From a virus (taxonomy: Duplodnaviria; Caudoviricetes): DNA of 25,333 bases. The stretch covers positions 1 through 25,333 of IMG/VR virus record IMGVR_UViG_3300048009_000280. One strand, written 5' to 3'. The notes under the pieces are model-generated. The model was not told the origin of the DNA. It saw nothing but the letters and a program-made list of their open reading frames with translations, and did not search any database. Position numbers and translations under genes: made by a program. Every line of letters starts with the position of its first letter. The stretch's first letter is position 1. Positions 9,063-15,713 of this stretch are shown piece after piece.

Positions 9063-9775
9063 ACCCTTACGAAAAACTACTAAACAGAAAAAGAAAATGG
9101 ACACCAGTCCAGACAACTGCCGGATCATGCAAGGCAGGGGCGGAAGAGACGGTACTCCGTGCTCTTGCGTTGCGACATATGGAACTACCTGTGGGAGATT
9201 TTATTCGTGATGGATTGGCTACCGACGTACCAAAACTATCGAGGGAGTTACTGGAATCAAATATCACCGACGAGGAAAATCACGACCTGGCACTTGGTTA
9301 CATTGCCAATGCTTACGGTGTTGACGAAAAAGCTGAATCGGAAGCTCTCCGGATCAGGGAAGCTTGGACTACGCATCCTGATCATACGATCCTCAAAGCG
9401 ATGGTGGCCGAACGTGCAATTTTCTTCGTTCTTTTACCATTCTTCCGCTTTAATGGTGATGCTGGAATGCGAACAGTTAGTGCGGATATAAGTAGAGATG
9501 AACAAATTCACGTTGCTGCCAATAGCCTTGTTTGTCGCGAGTTGGGGCTTACTGTCAGCCCTAGTCTTGATAAACTCCGCAAGGCAACTATCAATTGGGT
9601 AATGCAACCACTAGGTAGTAATACTACCGATAAATATTTGGACAAAAAATTTTGGCTTGATTCTAGTGATCGCTTAATGTATGAGGGTAAAGCCCCAGAA
9701 CTTTCTGCAACTAAATCAGCTAGAATGCCAGCCTTCTTCGAGCATAGTAATGTCAATCTCCCCCAATACGCTTGA
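9059..9775 (+). CDS. nrdB: Ribonucleotide reductase beta subunit (ferritin-like)
   Basis: Two ExxH motifs (DEENH, DEQIH) plus MEL and AERAIFF carboxylates. ATGA overlap with the alpha stop at 9059. Confidence 0.85.
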   Translation: MNPYEKLLNRKRKWTPVQTTAGSCKAGAEETVLRALALRHMELPVGDFIRDGLATDVPKLSRELLESNITDEENHDLALGYIANAYGVDEKAESEALRIREAWTTHPDHTILKAMVAERAIFFVLLPFFRFNGDAGMRTVSADISRDEQIHVAANSLVCRELGLTVSPSLDKLRKATINWVMQPLGSNTTDKYLDKKFWLDSSDRLMYEGKAPELSATKSARMPAFFEHSNVNLPQYA

Positions 9776-9932
9776 AACCGTGGGTATGCAAGCCCGTGGT
9801 TTAGTCCATCAATTAGAAAAAGCTTTTCCACCAGTGAATCCTTCACCTGAAGATTCGCATTCAAAAATTATGTATAGATCTGGACAACGTAATGTTGTTG
9901 AATGGATCATTAAATACATGGAAGAAAACTAA
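9750..9932 (+). CDS. Conserved-looking small hypothetical protein (60 aa)
   Basis: MSISPNTL...LEKAFPPVNPSP...IMYRSGQRNVVEWI. This position before the structural module is typical of T7-like phages. Confidence 0.75.
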   Translation: MSISPNTLETVGMQARGLVHQLEKAFPPVNPSPEDSHSKIMYRSGQRNVVEWIIKYMEEN

Positions 9933-9947
9933 ACCAATTTAAACATT

Positions 9948-10487
9948 ATGACTATAAGCACAGCAGCAGGAGCTAGAAACGATTACTTTGGTCATATGGA
10001 TATGTATGCCGCTCAACAGGCAGGTACAGATCCTCGTGAAGTACTAGCTTTTTTAAATGCTAATCCAAATACATTGAGTCCAGATAACCGACCAGGAGCT
10101 GCTGGTGGGGTTTACGATATTGTTGCTCGCGACGCAGCACAAGCACAAGAAAATGAAAAACGTGCAGAGGAACGTGCACAAGAAGAAGCTCAAAGGCAAC
10201 AAGAATTAGATAGGATAGCTGCTGAGTCTAAAGCTGAACAAGAACGATTAGCTAGAGAACAAGAGGAACGTTTGAAACAATTAGAAATTGCTAGCAGGAC
10301 TGCACAACAAAATCAACTTGCTGGTAGTAGAACTGCCCAATTGCAACTTCAAAGTATTTCTAATTTACCTGGTTCACAGGGAGGTACAAGTGCATTTAAA
10401 CGTAGACCTTTACAAATCAAACCCCAAGTTTCAACAGGATTGTCTCCGGGTTTACCTGCTTCTTCTAGTTTAGGTATTAATATATAA
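9948..10487 (+). CDS. Putative virion protein upstream of portal (gp6.7/7.3 position)
   Basis: Coiled-coil E/Q/A/R-rich middle and C-terminal LGINI. TAATG coupling to the portal gene. Function inferred from synteny only. Confidence 0.65.
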   Translation: MTISTAAGARNDYFGHMDMYAAQQAGTDPREVLAFLNANPNTLSPDNRPGAAGGVYDIVARDAAQAQENEKRAEERAQEEAQRQQELDRIAAESKAEQERLAREQEERLKQLEIASRTAQQNQLAGSRTAQLQLQSISNLPGSQGGTSAFKRRPLQIKPQVSTGLSPGLPASSSLGINI

Positions 10488-12052
10488 TGACTGCTCAATC
10501 ACGTTATGAAAGATTGTCTTCAGACCGCTCCCAGTTTCTAAATACTGCTAGACAAGCAGCAGATCTAACTCTTCCTTATCTAATCCGTGGAGAAGAAACA
10601 TCTTATAAAGGTGCACGTAATCTCATTACACCGTGGCAAAGTGTAGGAGCTAAAGGTGTGGTGACGCTTGCAAGTAAACTAATGCTTGCTTTGCTACCAC
10701 CACAAACCAGCTTCTTTAAGCTACAGGTTAATGATATTAATATCCCCGGAGAACTAGGACCAGACATTAGATCAGAACTTGACTTGTCGTTTGCTAAAGT
10801 TGAACGAACTATCATGGAATCTATTGCAGCTTCTACTGATCGTGTAATTGTTCACCAAGCACTAAAGCATTTAGTCGTTGCTGGTAATGCTCTTATCTAT
10901 ATGGGAAAGGATGGTCTTAAACTATATCCTTTGAACCGTTATGTTGTAGATAGAGATGGTAGTGGTAATGTTATTGAAATTGTAACAAAAGAAACAATCT
11001 CTAAAAAACTACTCAAAAAAAATTATCCTGCATTTGACCAGAAAAACAATTGGGAAAATGTAGATGACACATCAACTGATGAATGTGATGTTTATACACA
11101 CGTAATCTTAGACAACAACAGATGGGTGTGGCATCAGGAGGTTTATAATGATATACTACCTAAGTCAATGGGTAAAGCTCCTGTTGATTCTAACCCTTGG
11201 CTTCCACTTAGGTTTAACCATGTTGATGGTGAAGCTTATGGACGTGGACGTGTAGAAGAATTCATTGGTGACTTGAAGTCACTTGAAGCTCTGTCACAAG
11301 CCCTTGTAGAAGGCAGTGCAGCCGCTGCTAAGGTAGTGTTTACCGTTTCACCCTCCAGTACAACCAAGCCTCAGACGCTTGCACAAGCAGGCAACGGAGC
11401 TATCATTCAAGGTAGACCTGATGATATTGGTGTAGTACAGGTTGGTAAAACGGCTGACTTTCAAACTGCTTATCAAATGGTAGGAGGTTTATCACAACGA
11501 ATTAGTGATGCATTCCTTATTCTTAATGTAAGGAATAGTGAACGTACTACTGCTGAAGAAGTACGTATGACACAGCTAGAACTAGAACAACAACTTGGTG
11601 GACTGTTCAGTCTACTTACTGTTGAATTCCTTGTACCTTATTTGAATCGTAAACTTTCTGTTGCACAAAAGACAGGTGAGATACCACGTCTACCTAAAGG
11701 TGATATTGTCAAGCCTACTATTGTAGCTGGTATTAATGCACTTGGTCGTGGTCAAGACCGTGAAAGCCTTGCACAGTTCCTTACTGTCATTGCACAGACA
11801 ATGGGACCACAAGCTATTCAAGAATACATTAATCCTGAAGAAGTAGTTAAACGTTTGGCTGCTTCGTCTGGTATTGATACATTGAATCTTGTTAAGAGTA
11901 TGCAAGAGATCCAGCAAGAACAACAGGCTGCTGCTCAACAACAACAACAAATGATGTTGGCTCAACAAGCTGGACAACTAGCTTCAGTAGATCAGAAACG
12001 TGAGCAAGCATCAGCTCAAATGATGCAACAACAACCACCACCACAGCAATAA
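10487..12052 (+). CDS. Portal / head-tail connector (T7 gp8-like)
   Basis: PWQSVGAKGVVTLASKL, GEAYGRGRVEE, RNSERTTAEEVR motifs; 521 aa. Confidence 0.97.
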   Translation: MTAQSRYERLSSDRSQFLNTARQAADLTLPYLIRGEETSYKGARNLITPWQSVGAKGVVTLASKLMLALLPPQTSFFKLQVNDINIPGELGPDIRSELDLSFAKVERTIMESIAASTDRVIVHQALKHLVVAGNALIYMGKDGLKLYPLNRYVVDRDGSGNVIEIVTKETISKKLLKKNYPAFDQKNNWENVDDTSTDECDVYTHVILDNNRWVWHQEVYNDILPKSMGKAPVDSNPWLPLRFNHVDGEAYGRGRVEEFIGDLKSLEALSQALVEGSAAAAKVVFTVSPSSTTKPQTLAQAGNGAIIQGRPDDIGVVQVGKTADFQTAYQMVGGLSQRISDAFLILNVRNSERTTAEEVRMTQLELEQQLGGLFSLLTVEFLVPYLNRKLSVAQKTGEIPRLPKGDIVKPTIVAGINALGRGQDRESLAQFLTVIAQTMGPQAIQEYINPEEVVKRLAASSGIDTLNLVKSMQEIQQEQQAAAQQQQQMMLAQQAGQLASVDQKREQASAQMMQQQPPPQQ

Positions 12053-12053
12053 T

Positions 12054-12701
12054 ATGTCAGAAGTTTTAACAATGAATGAAACACCTGCTGATCAGCCACA
12101 ATTTAATGCTGATGAGCAGAACTCTCTTGAAGTAGCAGAATCTATTTCAGGAGAACCACAACTACTTGCAGGTAAGTTTTCAGATCCACAAGCACTAGAA
12201 CAAGCTTACCTTGAACTACAAAGTAAACTAGGACAACCAAGAAATGAATCCGAAACCAGTGAAGAAGGGGAGCAAGAAGAAGCCCCTGAAGAAGTACTAG
12301 ACAATCAAGAAGAGCAAGAAGAATCTAGCAAAGAAGTTCTTTCTGAACAACAAGCTGAACAGTTGTTTGAAATGGTTGGTGGTCACCAAGCTTATAAAGC
12401 AATGGTTAATTGGGCTGGAGACTCTCTTTCTAAAGAAGAGGTTAAAATGTATGATTCTGTTATGGCAGATGGTAATCCCAGTGCAATCTTCTTTGCAGTA
12501 CAAGCATTGTATAGTAAATATACTGATTCTGTAGGTAAAGAAGGTCAACTGTTGACAGGTAAAGGTTCTAATCAAAAGAATGAATCATTCCGTAGTCAGG
12601 CTGAACTTGTACAAGCTATGTCAGATCCACGTTATGATAAAGATCCTGCCTATAGATCAGACATTATGCGTAAACTAGAAAACTCTGACATCTCATTCTA
12701 A
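12054..12701 (+). CDS. Capsid scaffolding protein (T7 gp9-like)
   Basis: Acidic protein with LLAGKF, VGG..Y..MVNWA and FRSQAELVQAMSDPRY..DPAYR. Confidence 0.93.
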   Translation: MSEVLTMNETPADQPQFNADEQNSLEVAESISGEPQLLAGKFSDPQALEQAYLELQSKLGQPRNESETSEEGEQEEAPEEVLDNQEEQEESSKEVLSEQQAEQLFEMVGGHQAYKAMVNWAGDSLSKEEVKMYDSVMADGNPSAIFFAVQALYSKYTDSVGKEGQLLTGKGSNQKNESFRSQAELVQAMSDPRYDKDPAYRSDIMRKLENSDISF

Positions 12702-12895
12702 TGACTGTTACCACCAACGAACACGGACAACAAAACCTATTTGCTAAAGAACCCACCATGTACACTGACAAAGATTACACTGTGACACATAACGAAAAAG
12801 CTGAAATGCTAAACGGTCGCCTGGCTATGCTAGGTGTGATGGCTGCGCTTGGAGCGTATGCACTAACTGGTCAAATTATCCCCGGTATTTGGTAA
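12701..12895 (+). CDS. hli: High-light inducible protein (auxiliary photosynthesis gene)
   Basis: AEMLNGRLAMLG chlorophyll-binding motif, one TM helix and TGQIIPGIW terminus. Confidence 0.96.
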   Translation: MTVTTNEHGQQNLFAKEPTMYTDKDYTVTHNEKAEMLNGRLAMLGVMAALGAYALTGQIIPGIW

Positions 12896-12939
12896 TGGCT
12901 GGTAAAAAGAAAGGAGGTAAAGGTGGCTGCAAAAAGTAA
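12895..12939 (+). CDS. Possible 14-aa basic micropeptide MAGKKKGGKGGCKK
   Basis: ATG overlaps the hli stop (TAATG). Contains the AAGGAGGT SD of the next gene, so it may only be a coupling device. Confidence 0.4.
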   Translation: MAGKKKGGKGGCKK

Positions 12940-13183
12940 ACCTTCCGTAAAATTAAAAATTGGTACACACAAGTCACGATCTGGTGGTCTTACTAAAGCT
13001 GGTCGTGATAAGTATAACCGGGAAACTGGTTCTAATTTAAAGGCACCTCAACCTGGTGGAGGAAAGCGTAAGAAGTCTTTCTGTGCTAGGATGGGTGGGG
13101 TCAAAGGACCAATGAAGGACAACAAGGGTCGTCCTACACGAAAGGCTCTTGCATTACGTAAATGGAAATGTGGTAAATCCTAA
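12923..13183 (+). CDS. Small basic phage protein (86 aa)
   Basis: GTG start with perfect SD AAGGAGGT at 12911-12918. GGLTKAGR..YNR..GSNLKAP...RKKSFCARM...LRKWKC, a pattern I recognise from marine phage hypotheticals. Confidence 0.85.
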   Translation: MAAKSKPSVKLKIGTHKSRSGGLTKAGRDKYNRETGSNLKAPQPGGGKRKKSFCARMGGVKGPMKDNKGRPTRKALALRKWKCGKS

Positions 13184-13332
13184 TGGCTAAAAAAGGTCTC
13201 TACGCTAACATCCACGCAAAGAAAGAGCGTATCGCAAAAGGCTCAGGTGAAAAGATGCGTAAGCCAGGAAGCAAAGGTGCTCCTACTGCTGCCAACTTTA
13301 AACGAGCTGCTAAAACTGCTAAGAAAAAATGA
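13183..13332 (+). CDS. 49-aa basic protein (MAKKGLYANIHAKKERIAKGSGEKMRKPGSKGAPTAANFKRAAKTAKKK)
   Basis: Hand-translated. TAATG and ATGA overlaps with both neighbours. Confidence 0.85.
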   Translation: MAKKGLYANIHAKKERIAKGSGEKMRKPGSKGAPTAANFKRAAKTAKKK

Positions 13333-13781
13333 TTGAATGCCCACAATGTACTGCACCTCAGCAGTACGTTCTAGAACAACTACAGGCTTCTGCTGGTGTG
13401 AAAGACCGTACAGCACTAGCAGTCATTCTGGGTAACATCCAACAAGAGTCTAATTTTAAACCTAACGTATGCGAGGGTGGTGCTATCGTTCCTTACGATC
13501 GCTGCCTTCGTGGTGGTTATGGTTTAATTCAATGGACATCTAAACATCGTTACATTGGTCTTGGTAACCATTGTACTAAACGTAACGAAGATCCTAGTGG
13601 TCTTCAATGTCAAACTGATTACATGATTAATGAGATGAGGTTTAGAAAAGATCTCTATGCTTTTCAAACTAATCATCAAACAGTACGTTATTATATGAAT
13701 GCTGCTTACTACTGGTTAGGCTGGGGTATTCATGGTAACCGTACAAAATACACTTATTCTTTTTTAAATAAATTACAATGA
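13329..13781 (+). CDS. Lysozyme-like muramidase (phage tail lysozyme family)
   Basis: ILGNIQQES (catalytic Glu) and GGYGLIQWT motifs. Confidence 0.8.
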   Translation: MIECPQCTAPQQYVLEQLQASAGVKDRTALAVILGNIQQESNFKPNVCEGGAIVPYDRCLRGGYGLIQWTSKHRYIGLGNHCTKRNEDPSGLQCQTDYMINEMRFRKDLYAFQTNHQTVRYYMNAAYYWLGWGIHGNRTKYTYSFLNKLQ

Positions 13782-14149
13782 AAATTCTTGCTATCCTCCC
13801 TGCAACCCTGATTGCTTCTACTCCTGTAATGGCTGGTCCTTACGTAAATATTGAAAGTGAGTCTAAGTCTACTGGTGTAGATTTTAATAAAACAGTGTTG
13901 CGTAATGATGTTGGTTATGAAGGAGAATTCAGTGAATCAACAAAATATTATATCCAAGGTGGACCTGCTTTTGTAATGCCTGACGGTAAAGCAACAACTA
14001 CTGAAGCCTCTGGTAAAGTAGGTATTAAGACACAACTTAGTGAGCGTCTTGGTGCTTATAGTGAATTTAAATTCTTGACTAGCGGTGGTATGGATCTAGG
14101 GGAGCCTATCGGAACAACTGTTAAAGCAGGAGTTAAGTACAAATTTTAA
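13778..14149 (+). CDS. Secreted outer-membrane beta-barrel-like protein
   Basis: Signal-peptide-like N-terminus (MKILAILPATLIASTPVMA/GPY), alternating beta strands, and terminal KAGVKYKF with C-terminal Phe (BAM signal pattern). Confidence 0.7.
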   Translation: MKILAILPATLIASTPVMAGPYVNIESESKSTGVDFNKTVLRNDVGYEGEFSESTKYYIQGGPAFVMPDGKATTTEASGKVGIKTQLSERLGAYSEFKFLTSGGMDLGEPIGTTVKAGVKYKF

Positions 14150-14191
14150 TAGCTAAAACGCATATAACTTCCCCCCTTGACCTTGCTACTT

Positions 14192-14207
14192 CTAAGGCAC
14201 CTGTGAG
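14192..14207 (+). promoter_or_regulatory. Candidate phage RNAP late promoter
   Basis: CTAAGGCACCTGTGA|G matches 10/15 of the Syn5 RNAP promoter as I recall it (ATTGGGCACCCGTAA). It is followed by G and lies upstream of the capsid gene. Confidence 0.4.
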
Positions 14208-14220
14208 CGGCTAGAAGCAC

Positions 14221-14275
14221 GTCCGTTCATCCTTCGGGACGCATGACACCATAAGCATGGAACGGGGCTTGTGGA
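14221..14275 (+). ncRNA. Downstream-peptide (glutamine-II) riboswitch-like RNA
   Basis: CCGTTC(14223-28)/GAACGG(14260-65) stem, TCC-TTCG-GGA hairpin (14230-39), and pseudoknot CCATAAGC(14249-56)/GCTTGTGG(14267-74). Directly upstream of a YRG-motif peptide. Confidence 0.8.
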
Positions 14276-14294
14276 GGCTTCTAGAGAGGTTACT

Positions 14295-14342
14295 ATGCAA
14301 GGCAAAACTTATTGCTATCGCGGTGTAAAATACACCAAGTGA
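14295..14342 (+). CDS. 15-aa YRG-motif peptide MQGKTYCYRGVKYTK (DUF4278-like 'downstream peptide')
   Basis: SD GAGAGGT at 14284-14290. YRGVxY motif typical of peptides downstream of this riboswitch class. Confidence 0.75.
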   Translation: MQGKTYCYRGVKYTK

Positions 14343-14499
14343 GATAGATCTAATGAGGGGTGCAATTCCCCTCTTCACTATTGGCATTGGCCCTTACGAG
14401 GACACCCTTTGCCGTCTAGACGGTGGGATAGACCACAAATTTTTTTTAAAAACATCAAACGTTTGGTGAAAGCTATATCTTTATTATTTATTATTTAAA

Positions 14500-15636
14500 A
14501 TGTCTTTTCAATCTTCTGTTAACCCCGCTCAGCTTACTCAGCTGGGTCAGTCTAACTTGGCGGGTGATACCCGCGCTCTCTATCTGAAACTGTTTAGTGG
14601 AGAAATGTTCAAAGGCTTCCAACGTAATACGATCGCTCGCGATCTTGTGATGAAGCGTACACTTAAGAACGGCAAATCTTTACAATTTATTTACACTGGG
14701 CGCACAAAAAGTGAGTTCCATACGCCTGGAAATAGCATTTTGGGTGATAGCAACAATGCACCTCCTGTGGCTGAGAAGACCATCACGGTTGATGACTTGC
14801 TGATCAGTTCAGCTTTTGTCTATGACCTTGATGAGACTCTTTCTCATTATGATCTGCGCTCTGAGATTAGCCGTAAGATCGGTTATGCTCTTGCAGAAAA
14901 GTATGATCGTTTGATCTTCCGTGCTATCACTCGTGGTGCACGTGCTGCATCTCCTATTACTGCTAGTGGCTATGTTGAGCCCGGTGGTACTCAGGTTCGT
15001 GTTGGTACTACTGCTAATGCTTCTGATGCTTATTCTTCTAGTGCTTTGGTAAATGCATTCTATGATGCTGCCTCTGCACTTGACGAAAAAGGAGTCAGTC
15101 AGGATGGGCGTGTGGGTGTTCTTAACCCCCGTCAGTACTATGCACTGATCCAAGCTGCTGGTTCTAATGGTCTTATTAATCGCGATGTACAAGGTACTGC
15201 ACTGCAAAGCGGTGACGGTATTGTAGAGATTGCTGGTATTAAGATCTACAAGTCCATGAATATTCCTTTCTTCTCTCAGTATGGTACTAAGTACGGTACT
15301 GGTTCCGCTACTAACCCTGGCGTTACCGATCCTGGTAACACTGGTTCGTTTGTATCCGAAGCTGTTGAAGATGCTGCCAACGATGTTGCCGGTATCAACA
15401 ATGAGTACGGTGAAGAAACCGAATTTGCTAATAGCTGTGGTTTGATCTTCCAGCGTGAAGCTGCTGGTTGTGTTGAAGCGATCGCTCCTCAGGTCCAAGT
15501 GACCAGTGGTGACGTTTCTGTTATCTATCAGGGTGATGTAATCCTTGGCCGTTTGGCTATGGGTGCTGATTACCTGAATCCAGCTGCTGCTGTTGAACTG
15601 TTTGCTGGCACTGCTACCAAGCCTGCCGGATTCTAA
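14500..15636 (+). CDS. Major capsid protein (T7 gp10-like)
   Basis: ALYLKLFSGE, RTLKNGKSLQF, EKTITVDDLL, GYALAEKYD motifs. Followed by a terminator. Confidence 0.98.
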   Translation: MSFQSSVNPAQLTQLGQSNLAGDTRALYLKLFSGEMFKGFQRNTIARDLVMKRTLKNGKSLQFIYTGRTKSEFHTPGNSILGDSNNAPPVAEKTITVDDLLISSAFVYDLDETLSHYDLRSEISRKIGYALAEKYDRLIFRAITRGARAASPITASGYVEPGGTQVRVGTTANASDAYSSSALVNAFYDAASALDEKGVSQDGRVGVLNPRQYYALIQAAGSNGLINRDVQGTALQSGDGIVEIAGIKIYKSMNIPFFSQYGTKYGTGSATNPGVTDPGNTGSFVSEAVEDAANDVAGINNEYGEETEFANSCGLIFQREAAGCVEAIAPQVQVTSGDVSVIYQGDVILGRLAMGADYLNPAAAVELFAGTATKPAGF

Positions 15637-15650
15637 TTTATCTTATATCG

Positions 15651-15678
15651 GGAGTCTCTTCGGGGACTCCTTTTTTTT
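15651..15678 (+). terminator. Intrinsic terminator after capsid gene (T-phi equivalent)
   Basis: GGAGTCTC-TTCG-GGGACTCC followed by T8. Confidence 0.93.
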
Positions 15679-15689
15679 AATTATTTATT

Positions 15690-15708
15690 GAGAATAATAC
15701 TCATTATC
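15690..15708. promoter_or_regulatory. Fur-box-like site
   Basis: GAGAATAATACTCATTATC versus consensus GATAATGATAATCATTATC is 16/19. It ends 5 nt before the tail tubular A ATG. Confidence 0.55.
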
Positions 15709-15713
15709 AAATT

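Noticed and set aside
11905-12050. CAA/CAG repeats
   Set aside because: These encode the ordinary poly-Gln tail of the portal protein; not a repeat array or CRISPR.
13040-13050. AAGGCACCT, a second copy of the candidate promoter core
   Set aside because: Encodes the KAP residues of a conserved-looking protein and the downstream bases diverge; probably coincidental.
14177-14205. TTGACC as a sigma70 -35 element
   Set aside because: No acceptable -10 hexamer at 16-18 nt spacing.
14322-14336. GGTGTA-AAA-TACACC inverted repeat as an NtcA site
   Set aside because: The GTA-TAC spacing is 3 nt, not the 8 nt required for NtcA, and it lies within the peptide coding sequence.
14338-14380. Possible tRNA gene or attP
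   Set aside because: No D or anticodon arms, no TTC in the loop, no CCA and no integrase nearby. Kept only as a tRNA-like structure.
14809-15498. 229-aa minus-strand ORF
   Set aside because: Antisense shadow of the capsid gene produced by codon bias; no motifs, and all real genes are on the + strand.
15600-15680. T7 gp10B-type capsid frameshift extension
   Set aside because: No slippery site is evident and a terminator follows at once, leaving no extension ORF.
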